Assembly: GCA_043228905.1 (NCBI GenBank)
Contig: JBHGNT010000005.1
Span: 8,308,001-8,372,000 of the forward strand
From: Azolla caroliniana
Taxonomy: Eukaryota > Plantae > Polypodiophyta
DNA length: 64,000 bases
Reading direction: 5' to 3'
Part shown: in pieces, positions 37,492-51,300 of the stretch
Position numbering within the stretch: the stretch's first letter is position 1
How the letters are laid out: the number at the start of each line of letters is the position of its first letter
Program-made: the position numbers and the translations under genes
The notes under the pieces: generated by a model
The model's input: the letters and a program-made list of their open reading frames with translations, nothing else
Told to the model about the DNA's origin: nothing
Databases searched by the model: none

Positions 37492-39094
37492 ATCTGCAGA
37501 GTATCAAGAAAATAAGGAGCATATAGGAAGGTCAAGCAAGTGAGAAGCAAAATCATTTCAAGACTGGTGCCAGAATTGAGGTCATGCATTCAAGAAATAT
37601 GCCACGAGGGTGAGAGATAAGTGATCAAGCCAAAATTTTGCTTCATGAATGATTTCACAACGTGAGTTGAAGTAGACAATTTCACTCGAAAATGATGTCA
37701 TAGTAACAGACCTAGCATTCAAAATATGTCTGAATGTTTTAAATCAAGTGACAAAAGCAGGATTTTTTTATAGATGAGGATATTTACCTTTCATAAAGAT
37801 GTCGCAAAGCAGATAAAGGCAATGAAAGCTAATGAAGGGGGAGGATCATGCAAAGTAGGTGAACAACTAAGAAATTATTCTTTAAAGATGAGAAGTTCAT
37901 GAGTGGAATAAAAAAGAAAACTTATCTTGATAAAAAGAAGCCAAAAGAAAGAAGAAAGCACTGCTCCAGAAAGAAACAGGGCAGGTGATCCACATAGCAA
38001 TGTTCATTCAAGAATGATCTCAGGAGGGAGAGGGAGAGGGAGAGGGAGAGGGAGAGGGAGAGGGAGAGTTCAGTATTGAACCATAGCAAATCAGAATAGA
38101 ATTTATGTTTATTATCCATTCAAGAAGGACACAGATCTGTAGATATTCATACGCAGGAGCTACTCTTGAATCATTAAAGAGTTATATAAGCATGCGCCTA
38201 AGAACGAAAAAAATCATTCACCAAGAGACTCGAGAATGAATGAATGAATGAGAAGAAGAAGAGTATGAGAAGAAGAAATCCCGCGATCAGAGAGGAGAAT
38301 TTGACTTTATTCAATAGATACAACGAAAGATAACGTTCGGATCAAAATTACGATCACCATACCTGCGAAGGAGGAGCGGAAGAAGGATCTACTCTCAGCG
38401 TGAACCTGTATGGGTTCGAGATGGATTGCGGAGGAGGGGCAAGGATAGAAAACAGGTGAAACTTATTCTCAAGGAGAAAGAAAAAGGGGATAAACCTGGT
38501 ATCTTCTTTATATAGCTATGAGCAAAGAAGACGATTCGCTTATAATAAGAGACGAACACCGCTTTTCTCACCGCTTACGACTTGTTCCTGACTTTTCTCC
38601 TGACTTTTATCCAGAATCTCTGCTAGGGATGGATATATGTATAGATGAATAACAAAGAAATCTCAAATTAGGTCAGAAAAAAAACAAAAAAAAGCAGAAG
38701 AAGCCGTAGCCAAATAGCTCGTTGATCCCACCATCATTACTATGTGCATACGTATATAATTCACCTTTCTAAGAAAAGAGAAAAACAAAACAAGAAAAAG
38801 AAGCTTCTCAGATGAGTGAGTAAGTATACGCAGAGGAAATAATACTTACTTCGCCTCTGCGGCCCCGAGTTTCCAGCAGAATTTTGGTTTAGAAGACGTT
38901 CGGATTCTTCTGTCTTTCTGTCTCAGTCTGTCTGCTTCAAGAAACGCTGTGCCGCGTGATCGCCGTCGGCTTCCTTCTTTTCTAAGGGAAAATTGCGTCC
39001 GTATGCCTATGTTTTCATATAATTACATAAGTAGCCCCCGTAAATTATCGACATTCTCCATACGTACATATATAGCGCGTCAATCCTAATCCCA

Positions 39095-39096
<2 letters not shown>

Positions 39097-39137
<41 letters not shown>
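39097..39137. repeat. (CT)n microsatellite upstream of the thiolase gene; a similar tract lies at ~45207-45231 upstream of Exo70
   Basis: Direct observation; GA repeats are common in plant promoters and 5' UTRs. Confidence 0.8.
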
Positions 39138-39140
<3 letters not shown>

Positions 39141-42100
39141 AAACTCCATTATTTATTTGCCTTCGCTTTTCTTAGCTTTTGCTTTTCGGGAGCTCTGAAT
39201 ATGTGTGCGTATACATATGTATTAGTATGTAATGCATGGCCGTGATGCGTCCAATTTTACGCCCATGAAGAAGCCCAGCTCTTGATTTAGTTTTATTTAG
39301 TTTGCATGTGACCTCGTTAATGTTACGAATTCGATTGGCGTCCCATTTTTTTGAAAGTCCTGCGTAATCCCAAGTGTAAGCGATTACTTCATCTTATTAG
39401 AGAATTGGTTAAACGAAATGGGATACTAGTTACCTTATGTCGATTGCACATGGTCAACAATATTTATCCACGTTGGTTTGATATTTACTCATCTCTGACT
39501 ATGATTTTCAAAAGCTAATTAAGTCAATCACCTAAAGTAGAAGATTAAGGGTGGTGGCTCCCCACTATGAAGTGTTATTAACTAGCACATGACATTGATA
39601 AACCATATTCTTCAAATTAGAATGCCAATTTTCACACATCAAGATGAGCATGCCTTCTTTTCAGAACAAATGTGGATGTTTGATCAACGATAAATGTGTT
39701 GAATGGAGGAGGATCATTACATTAAAGCACAATTTTGTTGTTGTATTTTTGGATTTATTGTAATGTGTATTGACGGTTTGATAAATTGACATATTAAATT
39801 TATAGTTCCATGTCTACTTTCAAATATTTAGAGATCATAATCAAACCCCTCTATAGAAGTACGCCAAGAATAATTGATTGGTTGTTTTTTCTACCACTTT
39901 GTGTTAGTGGTACTCTCTATATGAAAACATTTAAAGTACTCTATCAACCTAGTCATTCTGAACGGAGCATATTTCCAAGGGATACGAATGAACACAGCAA
40001 AAAATGGAAGTTTAAGTTGTCAGGGAGATTATGTAAGTGTCAAAAAGTTTAGAGGCATCCCATTTGCAATATGGTGAATGAGTGAATCCTCTATTGTTGC
40101 ACCCTATGAAAAACAAACTTCTAACTATAGAAACCAAACAAAGCTTTGCAAGAAACTAAATGTGCCAATTAATATTTATAAGGTGGTGTTGAAGGGTATA
40201 CCAAAGGACGAGAGAGAAAACATTGTGAGTGAAGAAGTTTGAAATGACATGTGCACGATATTTTATGCACATGCGAAATAGGTAAATGAAGATAACATAC
40301 ATGTTGTGCTAAAATATTGTAATTTTTTATAATGCAAAATTGTAACTCAAATATCTTGAGATATTGTTACGGGTATGTTTGTATTCTATGTATTTTCTAT
40401 TTTATCTATGTCGATAATCACAAGTCAATTGTCTGTTTCTCTTTAATTGTAATCGCTCCCTAAACAAACCATGATTGTCTATTTATATGAGGATAATACA
40501 TTTATAACAATAACATATATTATGCCAATTTAAATCATTATTACTTGTTCATCGTAAACAACCATGGAGAGTGAATGGTTTGTGATTATGACAACAACTT
40601 TATAGTTGTAATTAGAGGGTGAAAGAATGTGAGGCATTCACTTTCCTTAAACATTATCCCATACTATATATTGGACATTGTGCATAACCGTGTGAACAAA
40701 ACATTGCATGCCAAAGCACAATTGACAATATTGCCTATAACATCATAGAAACTTGACAAATTGGTATAACATTAGTGACAATTAATATAGTTATGCAACA
40801 TTGAAGTGATTATGCTCGAGTCTTCATCAATGGGTTAACTATGTACTCATTGCAAAATATCATCAAAATCCTTGTTCAAACAAATTGGTATAATAGTTGC
40901 GACAATTAATATAGTTATGCAACATTAAAGTGATTGTGTTTGAGTCCTCATCAATGGGTTTCCCAATCGTAAAGCATGGCTTTCAAACATTGGCATGGTT
41001 ATATTTTACAAGCCAACCACGAAATATCTAGTTGGGGTATTTATCAATGGATATAAATTTAGTTATGAATGAATTGGCATAATGTGTGTTGCCATCCAAC
41101 ACATGTTTTCATTTGATAAAGTCACCAAATTGCACACGTGTGTACATATACATTTATATGAATGAATTCGCATAACGTACGTTGCCATCCAACATGTGTT
41201 TTTGTTTGATAAAGTCACCAAATTCCACGTGTGTACACACACACACATATTCTAATATCTCAATGGAACATTATATCCTCAAAATAAATTAAGAAAGTCA
41301 TCTACATTATAACAACATTGTTTTCTGGAGTTCCCAACACATCATGGGGCATGTCACATATATATTTATAAAACCCCTTCATCTTTTTTAAAATTATAAT
41401 TGGAACACCTCTCAAATAATAAATGTTTCAATTGGAACTATAATTGAAGCACAAGTTGTTACATTGGTTGAGCATAAGGTGTTGAAGCTTTGGCCTCGAG
41501 TTGTAAAACGATTGGATGAGGAGCACTTGCTAGCATGTCACAATGTCTCTTTGCTCTAGCATCTTCAACTTTTAGTGTGTTTGGGATATTGTCACAACAA
41601 GAGGCATTCATTGATTACCCTTACAAGCATCGCCAAGGGCTAACATTCGATTACCCTTGCAAGCATACATTGATTACTGTTACAACTTACAAGCATCACA
41701 AGTGGCTTGTAATTGTAATCAAATGTGTGTTTTGGTCCAGTCATTTGATGGGCATGCACCAAATTGAGTTGCTCAATGGACATATTGAGCCTCGTGTTGT
41801 CAATGACTTTCAACCAAAATCATACAAAGGGATCATGCCACAAAGTCCATTCCCACATCAAGAAGAGAAAACAACCAATGGTGTTAGATGAGGTGTTTTG
41901 TCCAAGTTTTAAGAGACTACAACCAAGTAAGTTCAACTATGTATTTGGAATATTAGGGAATCTATAGGAATAGATCGATGGTAACTAAGACTCAATACCA
42001 TCGTTGTGTGAGACTTTATTTGTCACAACAAATGGCACAAACTCTTGAGGAGTTTTTTGGCCCCTACCATTAATGGCGTGACATGCATCAACACATGTGG

Positions 42101-43036
42101 TGACCGTAGGTTGTCAATTAAAAGGAAAGGAAACGATTATTCTTTAAACCCCTTGGGCAATTGCTTTTCTTTTTACTCTCCATTGTTACCAATCAACACT
42201 TGTAAACATTCTACCCTCTTGCCTTTTGACTCTCTACATTGTTTGTCTCCGTTTATTACCCTTATCTCCTTCTCCCGTTGCAACCAAATTGCTCCTTCCT
42301 TTTGTTATCTTATTTCAAATTATTGCGCTTGCTTCTATTCATTTCCAAATGGCAATCATATCCAATGCGTTGCATGTCTAGCTTCTCTAATACATCTTTG
42401 AGGGTATAATCTAGGAGGTGGAGATGTTGCCCCGTGCATGCATTGTCAAGCTATGGAATGATGACAACTTAGAACTTCTATCAAACCAAGCCAACATCGA
42501 GCTATATGGGCTTGTCATACAATGAAACCATGCACACATTGTCAAGCTATGCAAGGATGCAAGCTTATGAATTATGTCAAGCAAGGCCCTCACATATCGT
42601 GCAACCATGCAAATACCTATAAAATATAGATGGGAAAGACCTAGTTCTCTTCCAAGTGGTCACTGCATTCTTGTTGGATATAAAGTTGCTTCACCACAAG
42701 TTGCCTCATATCACCCCATCACAATGGCCTACCAATGTTAGGTCATTGATTGGGGTCACTCCTTTTCCATCCAAAGAGGAAGACAAATATATGACTAATC
42801 ATGAAATGACCACCCAAAATTCAAGGACTAAAGGAATACCCCCCCACACCATATTGGTCACCGTCTGCCACCACCTTGACCTTTCCACAAATGGAACCAC
42901 GATGCAAGAAGCAACTCGTCCATACTACCATTATAATATCTTGCCCTAGCTCCTTACTAATCTCCCCAAGAAACACAATGTTTGCTTGTCTCTACTCCTT
43001 ATTGATCTCCTTAGAAAACACGAAACAAGAAGCAAC

Positions 43037-43322
43037 TGTTGAGAGACAAGCTCAACATCGGCCGGATCGGCTGAAGAAGCCGAGGACCGGATCGGTTGGG
43101 ACCGATCAGTTAGGTTGAGTGCGTAAACAAGGAGGCCGTTAAGAAAGATATTCCGTGAGGAATATATTTGGGAGTTAGTGTAGGAGCTCTTAATGAGCAT
43201 TGAAGTATTGTCAGTACTTCGGTCAGTCCTTCTAGGACTTGTATAAAAGTGTTCATTGAACACACATATGTATAGAGTGGTGAATAGAGATTGAGTACCC
43301 TTTTTTGAATATAGTTCTTGTG

Positions 43323-43373
<51 letters not shown>

Positions 43374-43462
43374 GAGTATACTACGTAAGCTCAAGGTCTC
43401 CATTAAACCTGAGTTTTCTTCTGTTCGGTCTTTATACTTGCTTCTGCACGCTACTTTTTATA
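43037..43462 (+). mobile_element. Copia solo LTR (family of element E)
   Basis: TSD GCAAC at 43032-43036 and 43463-43467; homologous to the reverse complement of 14851-15305. Confidence 0.9.
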
Positions 43463-45329
43463 GCAACTAATCCACATTGCCATTATAAAATCCTGCCCTA
43501 GCTCCTTATTAATCTCCCCAAAATATTGTCTCTAGATTAGTTAACCCATGATATTGTCATGACACCAATGAATAACGCCTCCTTGTTGCTCTCAACTGCG
43601 GATTTATATCACATTTGAGACAACCAACCCATAACCATCGAACATTTGAGCATATACGCGTAAAATGAATGCATGAATTCTTTCAATCAAATATGCTATA
43701 AGTAATCAATATTTTAGTCATAATCATACTTCAATGTTGCACTCTTTGGGTCTATCTAGGTCATATAATTAATGACCATCAAAGAATATAAAAGCCCACA
43801 ATTACAATTACAATGAAACGGAAGCAAATAATGTAAACTATCCTAGTGATTAAAACTTAAGTGTGCATAACTATATCATTTTCAAATTTTTTCCTTCCTT
43901 GAAACTCACAAACAGACAAATAATTTGTAAATACTCATGGAGGGTGAAGACAATAGAAGGGCATGAGCATAAAACCTATGTAGATGAATGCCTCAAGCTA
44001 GATGAACAAAGAAATTGAAATATGGCTACATATGCGTATGAGGACAATTCCTATATAGGTGTTCATGCATTTTTGAGGGGTTGGGAAAAAAATTGTATTG
44101 TTATAACATGTAAATGCCATGAACCTTTTTATTGGCTTATAGGTATTGCGTGCATACAAATTGCAAATCAATAAGAAAAAGCTTTGTATAAAGTTGTGGA
44201 TTGTTTAAAAATAGCTTGAAATTGTTTTGTTTGATCCAAATCATAATTAATAGAACGATTTTTTTTTCTCATAGAAAACGAGGGTAAAATGTATTTTTCC
44301 TAGCTACAATATGGAATACAGAAGTTCCGAAATCTTTGTTGGCTTCTAAACCATTAGAGATAACGATACTCTACAAAAAGGTAGAATTATGTTGAAAACA
44401 TTTACATGCATAATAACTGGTTCACATGTTAAAATTATAGACAAAGATGTTGGGTAGAAGTACTTTGATTGAATTGGTTAAAAAACATTTTTTCCATGAG
44501 GCCTGATTTATTCAATCAACTTTAACACGAGGTATCAAACATACAAAAAAGTAAAGGGTGAAAAGAGAGAGATACAAACAAGGGCATATTTGTATATATT
44601 TTCCGATAGGAAATTACGGGAAGTGGACAACACTTAGAAGCAAGCATACACTTTAGAAAGAGATAGGAAATAATAAAAGAATCTACGTGTGTGTGTGCCA
44701 TTGCCAATAAGTTCATAGTCGAGCTTCTAATCGCATGAAAATTAAGAATACATTCACGATAGAGATAAAATAATAAGCAACATTCACTTCATCAAAATGT
44801 CACTTAATCAATGAGTTTCTATATATTGAGCTTAGGTAACTTTAATGGCTTTATGACTTCAACTCCTAATTGAAGGCTTTGATACAAAGAAAAACAGAGA
44901 AGATTAAACTTTCAATCGTCTCCATCAATCGATTTCTAACCAAAATCGTAACAAATAGTGCAAGTTTTTCAGAGGCGATCGAGCATGGACAAGAAAACAA
45001 ATCAGACAGTGACGAGCACTCAAATCTTGTGATGAGAAAAACTCGTAGTTAATATTTATGAAGCACCGCTACATCAAACATTCAATGTTTAAAAAAGTAT
45101 GTAATGATGGGCTTAATCTTAAAATTAGTTAAATGTGATTAGGATTAGAGAACGTAATTAAGAAAAGAAGAAGAAAAAAAGGAATTTTCATGGAAAAGAA
45201 TCCAAACTTCTCTCTTTCTCTCTCTCTCTCTCTAGGCTTCCCTTTGTTTTTTCGTTTGTCCTCTCTTCTATTTCTCCATCTCCTCCCCCTCTCTCTCTAC
45301 AGCTCTGTGTTTTTCTGCAGCAGGCGGCT

Positions 45330-48300
45330 ATGGTGGCAGCGGGAGGTTTGGAGGCCATGGCTGAACGATCCAGGTTCATGCGAGAGAGCCTGAAACGCAG
45401 TCAGACCATTACTGACAGCATGATCACTATCCTCAGCTCTTTCGATCATCGTCTCTCCGACCTCGAGTCGGCCATGCGTCCTACACAGGTATTGCGTTTC
45501 TTCTCAGAGATCAGGATAAATAAATTGTGCTCCAGATTGTTAGGTTTCATCGGGAGTCTTCCTTCTTGGTTTGCTTCGGCGTGTTGGTTAGAGTATTTAG
45601 CACTCATCAAAACAGTGAAATGCTGTCAAATATATTCTCTATTCGCATCAAATTTTGGATGCGTCAGTACTTGGATAGCTAGCTCTATTACCAAATTGTT
45701 CATGTTCCCTGTTTTAATGTTGCTTTACATAGATTTGATGCTTTATCTATGCTTGCACCAGCACGTTGCTAGTTTCTAATATCATTCTATCTCTCAGAAT
45801 GATGAATTGTTGTCAGTATTCTTGATTGCATAGTCTTGACTTACACATCGTTGATGATGCTTTCTTTTTGACTTTTCTCAATTCATGTACTATGTGGTCT
45901 CTCAAGAGGATGAAATGTTGCAAAATTGATTGGTTTATATACTGATGCTGCTGCTTTACTTAAGGCTTAGATGTTCTTTTTGTATGTTCCCCTGATCAGT
46001 GATTTATGCTTCCTGATCTCTCAGAACAGTGAAATGCTGTCAAAATCCTCGCGTTCCATAGTGTTGATGATGTTTTACATAGCTTTATTTTTGTGTGCTC
46101 CAGTGGGGAGCTAGTTTCCAGAAGTATCTGATCCTTAGAAGGATGACATGATATCAAAATTCTTGTTTGCACCTTCTGAACTTAGATACAAACATGCAAA
46201 ATACTGCATTTTATCCTGTACTCCACTATTATTCAAGTTGTGATTTGAACCTTTTTGATCTAGCTAAAATTGCCAGATAACCTGTTAGTCTGTATATACT
46301 GTCAAGTAATGCATGTTTTCATTATTCTCTGACAAATTTGAGATGTCACATGATAGATGCATACACACGCAATAAGGAAGGCACATGAGAACATTGACGT
46401 CACGCTCAAGGCGGCAGAAAATATTTTGACGCAGTTTGATGTGTCACGAAAGGTGAGAGTAGATTTTCTTTCTACTGTCATACCTCATGAATGTCGCACT
46501 GAATTCTGATCATACATTTTTTACAGGTAGAAACAAAGATAATTGGGGGTCCTCGTGAAGATTTAAGTGGATATTTAGTCGCAGTTGATGACCTTCGCAA
46601 CAATATTGAATTCTTCACGTTTAATAATAGTTTCAAAAGTAATGATTCTGCATTGAATCGTGCACATGCTTTGCTCTCCAAAGCTATGGCAAGGCTAGAG
46701 AAAGAATTCAAAGTTCTCTTGACCACCCACAGGTAATCACCATAACATCAGATTCTTGAGAAAGGTACAAAATTATGAATTATTTTTTCTTTACGTTTTA
46801 TGTGTTCATATTACAGCAAACCTCAAGAACCTGCAAGGCTGATAGAATGTTTACCCAACTCTGTTCGGTCGACTGCATCCTCTGGAAATCAGGGAGAGGA
46901 TATGTCAGAAAAGCTTGTTTCACCTGCAAACGGGAAAGATTCTAAAGGATTAGATGCCATTGGATCTCTCATTACACCAAGTATAATTCCTCAGTTGCAT
47001 GAGCTCGCACAACGTATGGTTGCTGCCGGACATCATCAAGAATGCTGTAAGATATACAGGTACTCAACACATTGCCTTATTCCAGAAATCATGAGACATA
47101 TGTGTAAAACTCTGTTTGTTTTCTCATGAAATGATTGTGAAATCTAGTTAATGATGATGTGAGAATCTATCTGGATTATCAAAGTAGATGATATGTCCAG
47201 ACTATTCAAGCAGAGTTCTTACGACTCTGTTGATGTTATATCCATAATATAAAAGTAGAGATAACATGGTTCTGCTGATGGCCCAATTTCCAGCCTTGCA
47301 GAACTGTTGAAGACGAGTCATTTCAGAGATCCAGCCTGTCCAATGCTTATTAGAGAACCTTCCACTTTTGCTGTGGAAAGCAGGCATACCTTAACCTGTG
47401 GATGTTAGGAAAAGATTTCCGTGCTCTTAGGATGCCATAGTTACAGCCAGAGGAGATACAGAGAGGGACCTTAGTGAGGCTCAAGAGGTGCCCCACTACA
47501 CACTCTTATGATGTCTTAGTTGCAGTCTGAGGAGATACAGCGAAGGACCTTGATGAGGCATAAGTGGTGCCCCACTACATATCTTAGAGGCAGAAGTTTG
47601 AACATGATGGTATGGATATATGCACAGCGTTAAACGAGACATTATCATCTTCTCTTGTCTATGGCAGCAGAATAGAGGTAGGCATTCAATGTTTCTGAAA
47701 AGGAGTCGTTGTCCATAGCCAATGTAGACTAATGGCTGGAATTCATACTCTTCTGTGCTTGATATGAGAACAATACAAATTTTAACACATACCTTTGATT
47801 AGGGATGTGTGCGTCAGAGAGCTTGTGCTTACTACCACTACTAGATTGAAGGAAAATAGAAGGCCGAGTGGAAAATTCACAACAGGGTAGCGAGCATTTA
47901 CTATTTTTATATGACAAACTATAGCTACCCCGACCATGGATGGACACATCATACAAATGGGCTTCATTGTAGTCTTAATGTTGACTCCTAACGTAGATTA
48001 TGCTCATGCACATGTTCTATGTTGGTTTATTTTGGAGGCATCTGTTCAACACTGATGCACCAGTGATAATATAACCAATTAACATGAGTACAGTCGGGAT
48101 ATATCGCTTGAACTTCAAGACCGTGTTGCTGTGATGCTGAGCCTACACATTCGATATGTAAATGTATTAAATGAGAAATGCCCACATATATCATTGCAGA
48201 CGAATTTCTAAGTCTTAACTGTTGATAAATAATGTTTAGGGTTGCAGTTGTGGCTTATTATAGAGACTAAATTATCTGTTTAAACCAGTTTATTGTTGTC

Positions 48301-51300
48301 TATTAAGGTGCTATTGCGCTGAACGGATTTCTCTTACTTACTTGTCTGACCATGCAGTAAAATAGAAAATGAATTCAGGCTCATGTTGATAGAAAAATAA
48401 AACACAGAAATCATGAGTCTATTAAAATTTTTATTGGATTGCAGTTGAAAGTTGAATCCTTGTTGCTTCTTGTAATTGTTTTTCTAAGAGAAGAAAGTTA
48501 TTTGCTGAATGCAGAGATGTTAGAGCTAATGTTCTGGAGCAAACTCTACAAAAACTTGGTGTTGAGAAACTTAGTACAGAAGATGTGCACAAGATGCAGT
48601 GGGAAGTTTTGGAGGGGCAAATAACTAACTGGATTCATTTTATGCGAATAGCTGTAATATTTCAACTCTTTTTATGAATTTATATGGTTGTGTACCACAT
48701 AGATGACTATAGCAGTACACAGCATTAACAAGGAAGTGTGGGTTGGGATCTGTTACACATACCTATAACTTATATCTGTATGTATAACTAAAAACTTATA
48801 GACACTCAAAGCTGCATTCATGTGTATTAAGTGCTCAATTGATCTCTATATTATAGTACTTGCATATACTGCGTTGTGGAGACATAGGTATATGTTTATG
48901 TCCACCTGGTCTGTTGTGAAGATACATGGGTGTATCAACACATATTTATGTATATGGTTGTGATACATTTATACATGGTTTATCTACGCAATTTCTGTAA
49001 GTGCCCTACACTCCTGAAAGTGCACTTGTTTATGGGTATGCATTCTCTCTGCATGTGAAGAAGGGATAAGAGAAGAAAATGTGAAGGACAAAGAAACATC
49101 TGCATGGATAACTACACATAGAATGTATTATGTGCCTGAATGAATTGAATGTAATTTTTTTGATTACAGGTGAAATTGTTATTTTTGGGAGAGCGTAACA
49201 TTTGTGATCAAGTTTTCCATGAGCTGGATCCTTATCGTGAGACATGTTTTGCTGAAGTTACCAATGGCAGTGTAACCATGCTGTTGAGTTTTGGAGAGGG
49301 TATTGCCAAAAGTAAGAAGTCACCCGAGAAGCTCTTTGTGCTGCTTGACATGTATGAGACAATGCGGGAGATCTATCCTGAGGTATGATAGAATTCATAA
49401 GAGTTATACTATCTGTATCATGTTAATACTGTCAAACTGGCAGAGCATATATAGAATTTCAGAGTATATGTAGTCTCCCCGATAGCATACTCATTGCTTT
49501 TTTTTCTAATGTACTGCATGCACTTTCTGTCTTGTTAGCTTGTTAGCTGTCCAAAGGCTTATTCTCGTTTGTAAACGCGCTTTGTCTTTGAGATTCTAAA
49601 TCTGATGGTCTTCAGATAGAGTAGCTAATTAATGATTGTAATGTCTCTAAGGAAACTTGTCAATCTTGAAGGCAGGTAAAGGGAAGAAAGGGACAAAGAA
49701 GTTAAATAGAAGCCTGTGGCTCATATCTAAAAACCTTGTGACATTATTTGTGCATGGGCTGGTACAATGATAAATTTCAGAGATCCTCTGAAGATATATT
49801 CATACAGAGATTAATATACACGGGTGTCTACATGGCTCACAGTTATTATGCGAGTATTTCATGTTGTAACAATGTTTCCAACTTACACGTCCTCTTGTAT
49901 CTTTTATATGCACATGTAAAGAAGAACCCCTCTTGATTAACAAAAATATTTTCTTTTTTTGTTATGTAATTTGTCTTTTACTCATGTTTCTTCTCTCTTG
50001 AGCTCCAGCACAATTTCTATCTGATATGTACAAGTGATAAAAAAATGCCCGCTTAAATGTGTAGAAGTGCGCGTGTCTACAGTGCATATAGGAAACCATT
50101 CACAGGTCTCGGTGTAAGTAAATTTAATTTAAGTGTTCTTGAAATAAACAACTGAATGGTTGAGCAGGTAGAAACCATTTTCAGTGGAAGACCAACAGCC
50201 TCTATTCGTGAAGCAGTTTCTGGATTGACACAGAGACTAGCCCAGACAGCTGAAGAGACTTTTGGTGATTTTTCAGAAGCTGTTGAGAAAGATGCTACAA
50301 AGACTCCTGTTCAAGATGGCACTGTGCATCCATTGACAAGCTATGTCATCAACTATGTGAAGTTTTTGTTCGAGTAAGCTAGATTTATTTGTGTTTATTG
50401 TTTCTTTCAGACACAACATGTTGATTCTATGCATGTACATATTCTATCATTGGCTTCATTGACAAACGTATGCATGTGATTAGACCTGAACTTTTCTATC
50501 TTACAGCTATCAGACTACCCTTAGACAGCTATTTGGTGAGGATGAGACAGTAGAACCTGCAAATTCTCAGCTTGCATCTGCAACTGTGAAGATAATGGCA
50601 GCGCTTCAATCAAACTTGGAAGGAAAGTCAAAGCTCTATCGGGATCCTGCTCTTGCTCACATTTTCTTAATGAACAATATACACTACATGGTCAAATCCG
50701 TAAGAAGGTTATGAAAATTTCCACAACTCGATTTTTCTGTGTTAATTAATACTTACAATATAATAGTGTAATTTTGTTTATAAATTACCAGACCATAGGA
50801 TTCTGTTGGCAGCATAAATAGTTCCATGTATATTCTTATGGTATACTATCATGTTATCAGTATTGGAAAGCTTCTTGTTCTTTTCTGTATATAAGCAAAG
50901 ATTCATCAATATTTGATGTAATAATGCTGCATCTTATGTGAAAAAGATTGATTAGTTCTGGAATCCTACTTAAGTTTGTTGTTGAAAAAGACACTGTTTA
51001 TGACTATTTTTGCCAAACACTTTTGATATGTATATATATTCTCAATCCAGACACGAAACATCTTGTAAGTTTTTATTAGGAGAATGGTACTTCCACCTGT
51101 GTCTAACATTGAAAATCCTGAACTCTGAGTCTTGACAAGAGTGAACAGTTCCATCCTCAATGCTAAAATGCGTATTTGAATTGCGAAGTAGAGCTTTGAT
51201 CACTGCTGATGATAGAGTTTTGATTTTGGATAGAAGCATCCAGGTAGTTCTATATAAACTGCTAAGCTTTTGCATGGATATACAAGCAAAGACCATTCAA

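Noticed and set aside
40740-41250. Short local duplications (also ~34620-35080, ~47440-47580, ~53770-53980)
   Set aside because: Ordinary two-copy intronic or intergenic tandem duplications with no further structure.
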